A stretch of 54,194 bases of DNA, from positions 1-54,194 of the forward strand of contig JACPHB010000010.1 of NCBI GenBank assembly GCA_016188835.1. Reading direction: 5' to 3'. Of the stretch, positions 25,187 to 34,320 are shown one piece after another. The notes beneath the pieces are model-generated. The model worked only from the letters and a program-made list of their open reading frames with translations. It was not told the DNA's origin and searched no databases. Made by a program: the position numbers and the translations under genes. This DNA is from Parcubacteria group bacterium (lineage in GTDB: Bacteria > Patescibacteriota > Minisyncoccia > UBA10092). Positions within the stretch are counted from its first letter, which is position 1. Each line of letters opens with the position of its first letter.

Positions 25187-26056
25187 CTACTTGGTAGGCT
25201 TGCCCGAAGCGTCGAATGTTCCGACGAGAGGCACCCCGTTGTTGCCCACAGGGATATAGATCGTCGTGTGATTCGGCGACCCCACCATCTTCTCTTGCGC
25301 CGCGATCGCCTCGTGCTGGAGGTACTGGGGAGTGAGGCGCTGGTTGATGATCTCCATCGCCTTAGCAACACCCTCAGCGTCCTTGATTCGTTTCTCCGCG
25401 TCTCGCCCGGCGATCTGGATTTCGGTCGCCTTCTGCTCGAGAAGCTGAGTCGTTGCCATCTTCTTGGCCACGGCATTCGCCACTTCATCTGGGTATTGGA
25501 TATCGCCGACGACCACACTCATGATGTCGAACGGGGTGTTGTTGACCCAGATCTTCATTGTCTTCTCGATGGCATGGCCGATCTGAACAATCCGCTCTTT
25601 GAGAGCCAACGCATCCAGCGCCTGCACTTCATCACGAGTCGCCGTTCGCAATGGCTCCTTCAAAAAGTTACCGTAGGCGACTTCGACGACCTTGTTCGGG
25701 TTCTTGTCGTCGCCCCTTTCGAGCGTCGTGTACTTCTCGACGAACAACTTCACTTGCTCGTGTTCAGGCTTCACCCGCCAGACGATGTGCACCTGGAAAG
25801 ACACCTTGAGGTTGTCCTTCGAGAGAACGGTCATCGGCTCATGGTAGGTGTATGGCGTCACGCTGATGTTGTGAGCGTCGAGCAGCCATCCGAGCCCCGT
25901 CGATGTCGGCCCCGTCTGCATGTTGTAGAACCGATCATGACCGAACCAGGCGCCCTGCGTGACGTACCCGACGTAACCAGCAGGGGTTGAAGGGTTCGAG
26001 CAGCCGACGAGACCGAACGAACCAATGACGAGAGCGAGAAAAATAATCCTTTTCAT
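25187..26056 (-). CDS. SPFH/Band-7 (prohibitin/stomatin-like) lipoprotein; compositionally foreign
   Basis: It has a signal peptide plus lipobox (MKRIIFLALVIGSFGLVGC). The Band-7-like core carries a C-terminal Ala/Glu-rich helix (ATTQLLEQKATEIQIAGRDAEKRIKDAEG). GC is about 52-67% on hand-counted lines, against 23-40% in the flanks. Confidence 0.8.
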   Translation of the reverse strand: MKRIIFLALVIGSFGLVGCSNPSTPAGYVGYVTQGAWFGHDRFYNMQTGPTSTGLGWLLDAHNISVTPYTYHEPMTVLSKDNLKVSFQVHIVWRVKPEHEQVKLFVEKYTTLERGDDKNPNKVVEVAYGNFLKEPLRTATRDEVQALDALALKERIVQIGHAIEKTMKIWVNNTPFDIMSVVVGDIQYPDEVANAVAKKMATTQLLEQKATEIQIAGRDAEKRIKDAEGVAKAMEIINQRLTPQYLQHEAIAAQEKMVGSPNHTTIYIPVGNNGVPLVGTFDASGKPTK

Positions 26057-26155
26057 CTTGCGCCTCCTTTAGGCGTTTTTTCTCTTGTTTTTGGCATCAC
26101 TCAGCAAATACCTCACAATGAGATACCGCTTGATGCCAAGGAACTACTGTTGTTT

Positions 26156-26185
26156 ATTATAACACGTGTATAATTATAACGTCAA
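26156..26185 (-). promoter_or_regulatory. Promoter TTGACG-N18-(TGt)TATAAT for the SPFH gene
   Basis: Read on the minus strand. It is followed by a structured leader of about 90 nt and an AAGGAGG Shine-Dalgarno sequence. Confidence 0.55.
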
Positions 26186-26198
26186 TAGATGAAATATT

Positions 26199-26618
26199 TT
26201 ATCGCTTCGACCACTGAGGAGCGCGGCGGGCGCCTTTGAGGCCGGGTTTCTTTCTTTCTTTCATTCTTGGGTCGCGGGTTAAAAAGCCAAATGTTTTTAA
26301 GTTTGTTTTAGATTCAGGATGCGCCAAAACAAGGGCTCGGCTTAATCCGTGGCGCAAAGCATAGGCCTGAGCTCTAAGTCCGCCGCCAAAAACTTTAACG
26401 GAAACTTTGTAATTTTTAATCCCGCTTTTAACAATCGGATCCATTAACGTGTCCTGCATTTCTCTCCCCGGAAAGTAATCGGAATAATTTTTATTATTCA
26501 CAATTACCTCTTGCTTAATGTCGTTTGGCCAAAGCCGAATTCTGGCTATTGCCGTTTTTCTTCTGCCGACGGCCTCGTAATATTTATTGATTTTTGTAGT
26601 TTTGGTTTTTAGTGCCAT
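26199..26618 (-). CDS. rpsI: 30S ribosomal protein S9
   Basis: It contains GGGLRAQAYALRHGLSRAL and ends in the canonical ...RAPQWSKR. Confidence 0.95.
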   Translation of the reverse strand: MALKTKTTKINKYYEAVGRRKTAIARIRLWPNDIKQEVIVNNKNYSDYFPGREMQDTLMDPIVKSGIKNYKVSVKVFGGGLRAQAYALRHGLSRALVLAHPESKTNLKTFGFLTRDPRMKERKKPGLKGARRAPQWSKR

Positions 26619-26619
26619 A

Positions 26620-26973
26620 TCATTTGATGATTAACCGTTTCATTAATTTAGCTCGCAATCGGCTTTTATTAAGCATTCTTAAAACAGCCAACTTTAAAGC
26701 TCGACCCTTATCTTTTTTTATTAAATCGGCATATTTTACGGTTTTCAAGCCGCCGGGATAACCCGTGTGGTGCCGGTATATTTTTTGGACTGATTTTTTA
26801 CCGGTTAGCAATATTTTATCTATGCCGGATACCCTAACAGTTATCATAGGATCTGAATGAGGAAAATAATTTACCTCCCTTTTTCCCCTTAAGAGAGTTG
26901 CAATTTCACTTGCTAACCTGCCCAAAGATTTCCCCGCTGCATCAATGTTATAAATTTTCGGTTTATTTGCCAT
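26620..26973 (-). CDS. rplM: 50S ribosomal protein L13 (short, 117 aa)
   Basis: It contains DAAGKSLGRLASEIATLLRGK and lies upstream of rpsI, as is usual. Confidence 0.9.
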   Translation of the reverse strand: MANKPKIYNIDAAGKSLGRLASEIATLLRGKREVNYFPHSDPMITVRVSGIDKILLTGKKSVQKIYRHHTGYPGGLKTVKYADLIKKDKGRALKLAVLRMLNKSRLRAKLMKRLIIK

Positions 26974-26974
26974 A

Positions 26975-27325
26975 TTATTTCACAAGTTCAATTATTACCA
27001 TTTTTGCGCCATCATTTTTTCTAATTTCCAGTTTCATTATCCGACAATAACCGCCGCTTCGCTCTTTAAAGCGCGGCGACAAATCTTTAAATAATTTATT
27101 CACTGGCTTTAAATTTAATTTTTTAAGCAATAAACGCCGGTTTGCCAAATTATCAACTTTTGCCTTAGTAATTGCTTTTTCGATCATGGGCCTAATTTCT
27201 TTAGCTCTGGCCTCGGTAGTTCTGATGCGCTCTTTTAAAATAAGATTGCTTATTAGATTCCATAAAAAAGCTTTTCTGAAATCTGCCGATCTTCCAAATT
27301 TTCGATTTTTTCTTAAATGTTTCAT
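26975..27325 (-). CDS. rplQ: 50S ribosomal protein L17
   Basis: It contains MKHLRKNRKFGRSADFRKA...TTEARAKEIRP. Confidence 0.95.
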   Translation of the reverse strand: MKHLRKNRKFGRSADFRKAFLWNLISNLILKERIRTTEARAKEIRPMIEKAITKAKVDNLANRRLLLKKLNLKPVNKLFKDLSPRFKERSGGYCRIMKLEIRKNDGAKMVIIELVK

Positions 27326-27333
27326 AGCGTTTC

Positions 27334-28302
27334 CTACTCCTCTGATTTTAACGTAAAGCCAAGTTTACCAAGCGCTTTTTTTATTTCTTTTACCGCTTTA
27401 TTGCCTAAACCTTCCAATTGCAATAAATCTTTTTCTTTTAAACGTAAAAGTCCGGCAATAGTTTTTATGCGATTTTCTAAAAGAATATTTTGGGTACGAT
27501 TTGAAAGTTTAAGATCTTCTATTTTACTTTTTGTTATATCCTCTTCTTCTTTTTCTTTTTCAATTAATTCTTCCTTGGTTTCTTTTTTGTATTCGGTTTT
27601 CATAATTTTACTTGCCGCGGTGGTAAAAACCTGAAACTGTTCAATCAAAATTTGAGCAGCGTTTATAAGCGCTTCAGTAGGAGTTATTGTACCGTCAGTT
27701 TCAATATCAAACTTCAATTTGTTATAGTTGGTTTTATCACCGACGCGCATATCTGTAGTGTCATAATTAATCATTTTAATGGGCGTAAAAATAGCATCAA
27801 CCGCGATACTGCCAATTTCTTGTTTATCCTTTTTGCGAGTTTCCCATTCAGAATAACCAAGTCCTCTTTCAACCTGCATTTCTATTTCTAAAGAAGCGTT
27901 TTTAGAAGTAAGCGTGGCAATTAAAGTGTCAGGATTCGCAATTTCAATTTGTGACGTTAATTTTATATCACCCGCTTTAATCTCTTTTTCACCTTTTGCT
28001 TTTAAAGTTATAATTTGCGGCTCATCATTATAAATTTTAAATCTTATTTGTTTTAAATTTAAAATTATCTCAACAATATCTTCTAAAACGCCTGGGATAG
28101 TGGAAAATTCATGATTAACATCTTTTATTTTTACAAATGTTATGGCGGCTCCGGGAAGAGATGATAACATTACGCGGCGCAAAGCATTGCCCAAAGTTAG
28201 ACCGTATCCGGGATAAAGTTCTTCTATTTCGAAAACAGCCCTGTTTTTAGAAATTTGTTCTATTAATTTTGGCGTCTTTGGCAAAGAAATGTTTGTGTTC
28301 AT
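27334..28302 (-). CDS. rpoA: DNA-directed RNA polymerase subunit alpha
   Basis: It has N-terminal domain motifs (PGYGLTLGNALRRVMLSSLPGAA) and a C-terminal domain (LSNRTQNILLENRIKTIAGL). Confidence 0.95.
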   Translation of the reverse strand: MNTNISLPKTPKLIEQISKNRAVFEIEELYPGYGLTLGNALRRVMLSSLPGAAITFVKIKDVNHEFSTIPGVLEDIVEIILNLKQIRFKIYNDEPQIITLKAKGEKEIKAGDIKLTSQIEIANPDTLIATLTSKNASLEIEMQVERGLGYSEWETRKKDKQEIGSIAVDAIFTPIKMINYDTTDMRVGDKTNYNKLKFDIETDGTITPTEALINAAQILIEQFQVFTTAASKIMKTEYKKETKEELIEKEKEEEDITKSKIEDLKLSNRTQNILLENRIKTIAGLLRLKEKDLLQLEGLGNKAVKEIKKALGKLGFTLKSEE

Positions 28303-28352
28303 AATTTTAAATATTTAAAAAATTTTTAATTTATTTTTAATACCAATTTTCA

Positions 28353-28979
28353 CTATCTGGAATAAAAAGCGACAATTGAATTCATGTTAAAATTTTTTGG
28401 CAAATCATTATCTTCTGGATTACTTTTTATTTCTATTTCTAAATTTTTTTTATCAATTGAGAGCCAAGAAGGCGCCACGTGTTTTTTTAATTTATTAATT
28501 AAATCAAAAAATATCTGCTTTTGCCGGCTTTTCGGTTTTATGCTGATTATATCGCCGATTTCAACCCGATGCGACGGAATGGCGACTCTTTTATTATTGA
28601 CCAAAAAATGACCATGATTTACCACCTGCCGCGAAATACTTCTTGAGCTCACAAAACCGCTTCTGTAAATTGCATTATCCAAACGCCGTTCCAATATGCT
28701 AAGCACCAGATTACCGGTAATACCTTTGCGCTGTTTTGCTTCATTAAAACACTTATTTAACTGCTTTTCGCTTATGCCATAAGTAAATTTTATTTTTTGT
28801 TTTTCTAAAAGCTGCGCTCCAAATTCGGATAAAGCCCGCCGGCGAGCTTTCCCATGCTGACCCGGCCGATAAGGTTTTTTTAAAAAAGATGATTTTGGCG
28901 AAAAAGACCTCTCGGCTTTAAGTCCGAGATTTTCTCCCACCTTTCTTGATAATTTTTCTTTTGGTCCAGTATATCTCAT
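28353..28979 (-). CDS. rpsD: 30S ribosomal protein S4
   Basis: It contains MRYTGPKEKLSRKVGENL and an S4 RNA-binding domain. Confidence 0.95.
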   Translation of the reverse strand: MRYTGPKEKLSRKVGENLGLKAERSFSPKSSFLKKPYRPGQHGKARRRALSEFGAQLLEKQKIKFTYGISEKQLNKCFNEAKQRKGITGNLVLSILERRLDNAIYRSGFVSSRSISRQVVNHGHFLVNNKRVAIPSHRVEIGDIISIKPKSRQKQIFFDLINKLKKHVAPSWLSIDKKNLEIEIKSNPEDNDLPKNFNMNSIVAFYSR

Positions 28980-29428
28980 ACTCTTCTCACTTTTTTAGGC
29001 CTGGGGCCATTATGCGGAATCGGAGTTATATCTTTTATGGATATTACATTTAATCCGTGGCTGGCAAGAGCTCTTATGGCCGACTCCCGTCCAGAACCGA
29101 TGCCTTTTACAAAAATTTCAATTTCTAAAAATCCGGTTTTTTTAATTTTTTCTAAAACCGCTTCTGTTACTTTGGCCGCTGCATAGGGCGTGGCTTTTTT
29201 AGGACCATTAAAACCAAGCGCTCCGGCTGAAGACCAAGCTAAAACCCCGCCTTTTTCATCGGTAACTGTAATCGCAGTATTATTATAACTGGCTTGTATA
29301 TAAATTTTTCCCCTGGCAATCTGTCGACCGGTTTTACCGCTAAAAACATTTGCTTGCTCAATTCCTAATTTTTCGCTTTCCTTAAGGAGCTCTGCTTCAG
29401 TTTGTTTTTTTATTTTCTTTTTTCCCAT
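28976..29428 (-). CDS. rpsK: 30S ribosomal protein S11
   Basis: It contains NNTAITVTDEKGGVLAWSSAG...ITPIPHNGPRPKKVRR. Confidence 0.95.
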   Translation of the reverse strand: MGKKKIKKQTEAELLKESEKLGIEQANVFSGKTGRQIARGKIYIQASYNNTAITVTDEKGGVLAWSSAGALGFNGPKKATPYAAAKVTEAVLEKIKKTGFLEIEIFVKGIGSGRESAIRALASHGLNVISIKDITPIPHNGPRPKKVRRV

Positions 29429-29429
29429 A

Positions 29430-29819
29430 TTATGTTTTCTCCGCTGATTTTTTACGGCCGGAACCGACTGTTTTTCTCACATTGCCTCTTCTGGTTCTGG
29501 AATTTGTCTTAGTTCTTTGCCCCCTTACCGGCAATCCTCTGAAATGACGATAACCTTTATAGGCATTGATTTCTTTCAATCTTTTAATATTGCCTTGGAT
29601 TATTCTTTTTAAATCTCCTTCTATTTTATAATTTTTTTCCACAAAATCTTTTAAGCGCGTTAATTCTTCATTGGTTAAGTCTTTAGCTCTTTTATTAGAA
29701 TCAATTTTAATGTGTTCTATAATTTTAGCCGCCGAGGGTCGGCCGATACCATAAACATACGCCAGTGAAGCGATTATTTTTTTATTGTCCGGAATATTTG
29801 TTCCTGAGATTCTTGGCAT
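29430..29819 (-). CDS. rpsM: 30S ribosomal protein S13
   Basis: It contains MPRISGTNIPDNKKIIASLAYVYGIG. Confidence 0.95.
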   Translation of the reverse strand: MPRISGTNIPDNKKIIASLAYVYGIGRPSAAKIIEHIKIDSNKRAKDLTNEELTRLKDFVEKNYKIEGDLKRIIQGNIKRLKEINAYKGYRHFRGLPVRGQRTKTNSRTRRGNVRKTVGSGRKKSAEKT

Positions 29820-29824
29820 GTTTT

Positions 29825-29938
29825 TTAACCCTGTCTTTGTTTATGTTTTGGGTTTGAACAAACAATATAAAGACGCCTTTGGCGGCGGATAATTTTACAT
29901 TTAGCACAAATTTTTTTAACGCTTGCACGTACTTTCAT
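29825..29938 (-). CDS. rpmJ: 50S ribosomal protein L36 (37 aa), not in the ORF track
   Basis: My own translation is [37 protein letters not shown]. The ATGA overlaps the infA stop. Confidence 0.9.
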   Translation of the reverse strand: MKVRASVKKICAKCKIIRRQRRLYIVCSNPKHKQRQG

Positions 29939-30156
29939 AATCGTCTTATTATTCGGCCCCGCCTCTTATCAGAAGATAATTCAACTTCCACACGATCACC
30001 GACCAAAACACGAATAAAATTTAACCGCATTTTACCTGATAAATGAGCTAAAATTTCCGTGCCATCTTCTAATTTAACTCTAAAAGTTGTATTTGGTAAG
30101 GCCTCTGTAACAGACCCTATAAGTATTAATCTTTTATTATCTATCATAAGAAACAT
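29935..30156 (-). CDS. infA: Translation initiation factor IF-1
   Basis: It has the S1-like fold signature [31 protein letters not shown]. Confidence 0.95.
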   Translation of the reverse strand: MFLMIDNKRLILIGSVTEALPNTTFRVKLEDGTEILAHLSGKMRLNFIRVLVGDRVEVELSSDKRRGRIIRRL

Positions 30157-31817
30157 TAGTTGTCAATAGTAATATTAATCTTTCTGGAGTTACTGGGAGC
30201 GCGATTAACCCAAAACGGCCAAAGAGAAATGGCGGCGCTATTTATATATGTTTTATCAGAAATAATTGTTCTCATTTCAATTTCATCGCGTCCGGCCAAC
30301 TCTTTTTTAAGAACTTCAAGATCGGCTGGCAAGGCATTATTTTTATCAACGTTAAAAGTAAAAAATAATTCTCCTTTTTTAAAATCAACGCGATTAGCTT
30401 CGGGATAGGCAATATTATCATTAAAAGTGAAATTTTTTAAGTCTGGATAATGGTTTGATACAAAATAATTAATCATTGTTTTTAAATCTTTTTCTTTAAA
30501 AAATATGGCTTGCCAGGTAACTTTCATACTTAAAACATTTGCATTAATCTTATAATTATCAACTTTTACAGAAGAAGCGCCCTCAACTAACTGTAAATCT
30601 GAATCTTTCAGCGTGTTTAGAACATCAGTTTTTAATTCTTGCGCCAATTTATCTTGAAGTTCTTTCTTGTTTTGCAGAATCGCTTCTTGGTTTAAAGAAG
30701 AATTTGTAATAATGCTCATTGGTTCAATGCTTTTGGCGTAAAAACCGGCATACTTGGGCGTTTCTTTAAAACCGGGAATAGTAAAATATGATGGACCAAT
30801 TAAATAGTCGTTTGAAGCCTCGTTACCGATAACTTCCGTTTTAATGAAGCTGGGTGTTAATTTCGCATTTAACATTTTCGCGCCAGGAATAATAATTGAA
30901 TTTTTGATTCGGAAAATTTTACCGTCTTTTGTTTCAAATCTTGTATTGGCGACTAATTTTTGAGGAGCGGCGCTGTAAGCATTGTAAATTTCTATAACGC
31001 CGCCGACTTCAGGGCGACCTTCTATTGTTTTTGAACCGGTTTTATCTAATGAAAAGTATTGCCCGGGTATAATGCCGGCAGTTAAATTTGAAGAACTCAC
31101 ATTTTTACTTACGGCAACAGGAATCTGGACTTTAAGCGGAATTTCCTTTAAAGAAATTTTGATATTGGCTTTTGGTAAAATCAAATACATTGCTGTGCCA
31201 AAGAGCAAAAATCCGCTAATCATCAAAAAAAATATTGCCTGTCTGCCGAGATGCCATCTTGAATCCTCGCTGCCGCGCCTATCGGCAGGCAGATAGAAAT
31301 TTTCAAGATTTTTTTCTAAATCTAAATTTTGACTCGCCGTGCCTACCGGCAGGCAGGCAGTTTCATAGATAACTGGCTCCGGCGGCAGATTATAATCCGG
31401 CTCCGATTCTTTCCCTTTTGGTATTTCTTCTGTTATTTCTTCGGGCAATTCTTGAATTCCAGATGATGGCGGCAAAATATCCATCATAATTTTTATTTTT
31501 TTATCAGATTTTATTCGTTCTGTTGTTTCTTTTTTTTCTCCGCCAGAAACGGAAAAATTATTATTATCATAAATCAACATTTTTATTTTTTTGGCAAAGG
31601 ACTTTATCTCATTATTTTCGGTGTTAAGCGATAATATTTTGCCTATGCTCTCGGCCTCTTCTTTTAAAATTTTTATAGAATTTAAATCGGCGGCGATTAT
31701 AGAATTTTTAGGTAAAACCAAAACGACCTCTTGTTGCTTTGACCGCATTAAACGATCAATCAAAATAGCGGCATTATCTTTAATTCTGGCTCTAATTATT
31801 TCAAACCCTTGAGACAT
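30156..31817 (-). CDS. Hypothetical single-pass membrane protein (553 aa) at the head of the infA-rpmJ-rpsM operon
   Basis: The long ORF has one central TM ([20 protein letters not shown]) and overlaps infA by 1 nt. I cannot name a family with confidence. Confidence 0.6.
   Translation of the reverse strand: MSQGFEIIRARIKDNAAILIDRLMRSKQQEVVLVLPKNSIIAADLNSIKILKEEAESIGKILSLNTENNEIKSFAKKIKMLIYDNNNFSVSGGEKKETTERIKSDKKIKIMMDILPPSSGIQELPEEITEEIPKGKESEPDYNLPPEPVIYETACLPVGTASQNLDLEKNLENFYLPADRRGSEDSRWHLGRQAIFFLMISGFLLFGTAMYLILPKANIKISLKEIPLKVQIPVAVSKNVSSSNLTAGIIPGQYFSLDKTGSKTIEGRPEVGGVIEIYNAYSAAPQKLVANTRFETKDGKIFRIKNSIIIPGAKMLNAKLTPSFIKTEVIGNEASNDYLIGPSYFTIPGFKETPKYAGFYAKSIEPMSIITNSSLNQEAILQNKKELQDKLAQELKTDVLNTLKDSDLQLVEGASSVKVDNYKINANVLSMKVTWQAIFFKEKDLKTMINYFVSNHYPDLKNFTFNDNIAYPEANRVDFKKGELFFTFNVDKNNALPADLEVLKKELAGRDEIEMRTIISDKTYINSAAISLWPFWVNRAPSNSRKINITIDN
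31239..31292. repeat. GC-rich inverted repeat inside the 553-aa ORF
   Basis: ctgtctgccga pairs with tcggcaggcag (11 bp with one G-U) around a 32-nt GC-rich loop. It encodes [18 protein letters not shown]. Confidence 0.75.
31339..31360. repeat. CCTACCGGCAGGCAGG palindrome-like element inside the 553-aa ORF
   Basis: The sequence is gtgcctaccggcaggcaggcag. It encodes CLPVGTA on the coding strand. Confidence 0.7.
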
Positions 31818-31845
31818 TATAAATATTTTAACACATTTTTAGTTG

Positions 31846-33618
31846 TCATTCCACAATAGCCCTGATTCTTCTTACTCCAGCGCTTGACGATTCTTCTTTT
31901 ATTATTTTAAATCTGCCTATTTCGCCAGTGTTCTTAACGTGCGGGCCGTCACAAAATTCCTTAGAATATGCCTTGCTTAAATCGGGATCGCCGACAGAAT
32001 AAACATTAACTTCATCCGGATACTTTTCTTTAAAAAATGCCCTGGCTTGTAATTTTAAAGCAATTTCTTTAGTCATTTTTTGTTTAATAACAGGCAAGTT
32101 CAATTTTATTTTATCATTAACGATATTTTCAATTTTATTAATTTCTTCGGGCGTTAATTTCCTAGGAAATGTAAAATCAAATCTCGTTCTTTCGGGCGTA
32201 ATATCAGAACCCATTTGTTTAACTTCTGATTCGCCGCCCAAAACATCATGAATCGCCTGGTGAAGCAAATGAGTTGCGGTATGGAGCCGCGTCATTTTCT
32301 CTGCAGTGCCTTTATCCTGAACTGTGCTGATGCCATGACCGCCAAATTTCTTTTCGGCTCCGGCACGCGAAATCTCTTGGTGTTTTTTTAGCGCGGTTTC
32401 CCAGCCGGATTCGTCAACTGAAAATCCATTTTCTTTTGCCAATTCCCGCGTTAATTCTATCGGAAATCCGTAACTTTCATAAAGATAAAAAGCATCTATC
32501 CCCGAAATGGTTCGACTTTGCTCACCATAAATAATTTTATCAGTTTTGGCTTCCATCATTTTTTCAAATTCTTTTAGTCCTTGTTTTAAGGTTTTGGAAA
32601 ATTTTTCTTCTTCTTTTTCTATAACTCTTAAAATATCATCTTTTTTTAAAGACAGCTCGGGATAAAATTCTTTATACATTTCAATAACTTTTTGTGATAA
32701 AGGAATGAAAAAATTTTTATCTAAATTTAAAATTCGGCCATAGCGAATAGCGCGACGCAATATCCTGCGTAAAATATATCCTTGAGCTATATTTGACGGC
32801 AAAACTCCATCGGCAATAAGAAAAGTCGCGGCTCTTATGTGATCAGCAATAATTCTTACCGCTTTTGTTTCATTTTCAATATCTCGATGAGGAATTAATT
32901 GGATGATTGGTTCAAATAAGTCGGTTTCAAAAACTGTCGGCGCGCTTTGGATAACTTTTGTAAGCCTCTCAAATCCCCAGCCAACGTCTACCCCTTTTTG
33001 TTTTAAAGGCGCAAAAGTATTATCCTTCGAATAAAAATATTCCATAAATACCAATGTGGCTACTTCTAGTCCGTCAACATAAACCTCGTTACACGCGCCG
33101 CAAGGGCCTTCCGGCCCGGCCGGACCCCAAATATTGCCATCTTCTCGATTTCCTTGTTTAATTTTTTCCGCCGGTAAAAACCGCAACCAAGCGTCATAAG
33201 ATTCTTGGTCTTTTGGTATTTTTTGATCCCCTTCAAAAACTGAAGCCGATATCCGTTCTTTATCAATTCTAAAAATTTTGGTGAGCAATTCAAAAGTCCA
33301 TTCAATGGTTTCTTTTTTAAAATAGGCGCCGAAAGAAAAATGCCCCAGCATTTCAAAAAAAGTCAGATGCGACTCATCTCCTACTTCGTCAATATCGGAA
33401 GTACGAAATGACTTTTGGATTGAAACTGTCCGCCATGAACCAAAATCTTTCATCGGGTCTTTGTCGCCGGTAAAATACGGCTTAAACTGCTGCATTCCGG
33501 CAGTCGTTAAAAGTACCGAAGGATCGTCTTTGGGCACAAGCGAAGACGAGGATACAATTTTATGTCCCCTCTCTTCAAAAAATTCCAAAAATTTTTCCCT
33601 GATTTTTTTTGAATTCAT
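31846..33618 (-). CDS. alaS: Alanyl-tRNA synthetase, short form (catalytic + tRNA-recognition + editing; no C-Ala domain)
   Basis: It contains MNSKKIREKFLEFFEERGHKIV, the editing-site HTATHLLH, and ...CDGPHV. Confidence 0.95.
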   Translation of the reverse strand: MNSKKIREKFLEFFEERGHKIVSSSSLVPKDDPSVLLTTAGMQQFKPYFTGDKDPMKDFGSWRTVSIQKSFRTSDIDEVGDESHLTFFEMLGHFSFGAYFKKETIEWTFELLTKIFRIDKERISASVFEGDQKIPKDQESYDAWLRFLPAEKIKQGNREDGNIWGPAGPEGPCGACNEVYVDGLEVATLVFMEYFYSKDNTFAPLKQKGVDVGWGFERLTKVIQSAPTVFETDLFEPIIQLIPHRDIENETKAVRIIADHIRAATFLIADGVLPSNIAQGYILRRILRRAIRYGRILNLDKNFFIPLSQKVIEMYKEFYPELSLKKDDILRVIEKEEEKFSKTLKQGLKEFEKMMEAKTDKIIYGEQSRTISGIDAFYLYESYGFPIELTRELAKENGFSVDESGWETALKKHQEISRAGAEKKFGGHGISTVQDKGTAEKMTRLHTATHLLHQAIHDVLGGESEVKQMGSDITPERTRFDFTFPRKLTPEEINKIENIVNDKIKLNLPVIKQKMTKEIALKLQARAFFKEKYPDEVNVYSVGDPDLSKAYSKEFCDGPHVKNTGEIGRFKIIKEESSSAGVRRIRAIVE

Positions 33619-33621
33619 GTG

Positions 33622-33954
33622 TTATGTATGAAGTCGAGCCGCTAGGGCAAAATGAAGAAAATAGTTATCAATTGATGACAAACTAGACAAATATTCATTG
33701 CCGCCGTAGAAAAAATCGCAAATAACTTCGCGCATCCTCGCAATTTCCTTGGCGCGATTTTTCCATCTTTTATCGGAAAGCGTCAAATCAAAAAGTTCAA
33801 GAGCGCGCTCCAGCGCTTTTTCCTTATGTTCTTCTTCGCCACTATTGTGCCATCTTATAGCTCTTGCAACCTCACTGCCAATATTGGCCATTTGTTCGGA
33901 AAGTGATAATTGAAACCATTTTTTATCGTCAAAATTGCGTTCAAAATTAGTCAT
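33622..33954 (-). CDS. Hypothetical all-alpha protein (110 aa)
   Basis: This is an ORF only. It lies 12 nt downstream of 33967..34320. Confidence 0.5.
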   Translation of the reverse strand: MTNFERNFDDKKWFQLSLSEQMANIGSEVARAIRWHNSGEEEHKEKALERALELFDLTLSDKRWKNRAKEIARMREVICDFFYGGNEYLSSLSSIDNYFLHFALAARLHT

Positions 33955-33966
33955 CTTATTATTTTT

Positions 33967-34320
33967 TTAATCAATCAAATTTTTTATAATGTCTTTTATT
34001 TTTTCCCTGATTTCCAAACTTTTCACATCCCGCGAACGATTATCTTGTGATGGTCTTATATTGATTACAGAATCAAATTCTATCCATTTTTCTTCTGATT
34101 CGTCCGGATATAAATTAACGCCCCAAAGATTCGATTGTTCGGAGCTGTTTTTCAAAAGTTCTGCCTCTTCATCGGCATGCAACTCACCTCCAACAGCCAT
34201 GATGCCGCGTTTAATATCAATAACCGCTTTTACTAAATCGCCAAAGCGTTTTTTTGCTAACTGTTTTAATTCTCTTTTAGAAATTTTTTCTGTAACCAAA
34301 ATTATATCCGTCATAAACAC
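33967..34320 (-). CDS. Hypothetical protein (117 aa). It may belong to the DUF5674-type family, but this is from memory and unverified.
   Basis: This is an ORF only; it contains GDLVKAVIDIKRGIMAVGGELHADEE. Confidence 0.5.
   Translation of the reverse strand: MFMTDIILVTEKISKRELKQLAKKRFGDLVKAVIDIKRGIMAVGGELHADEEAELLKNSSEQSNLWGVNLYPDESEEKWIEFDSVINIRPSQDNRSRDVKSLEIREKIKDIIKNLID

Noticed and set aside
25108-25990. Long ORFs 25108..25518 (-, Arg/Ser-rich) and 25160..25990 (+, 276 aa)
   Set aside because: These are shadow ORFs created by the high GC of the SPFH gene. Their products are low-complexity (R/S/L/H/D-rich). The 25187..26056 frame has a lipoprotein signal, a Shine-Dalgarno sequence, a promoter and a terminator.
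33066-33356. Minus-strand ORF of 96 aa inside alaS (alternative frame)
   Set aside because: It is embedded out of frame in a strongly supported AlaRS coding region.
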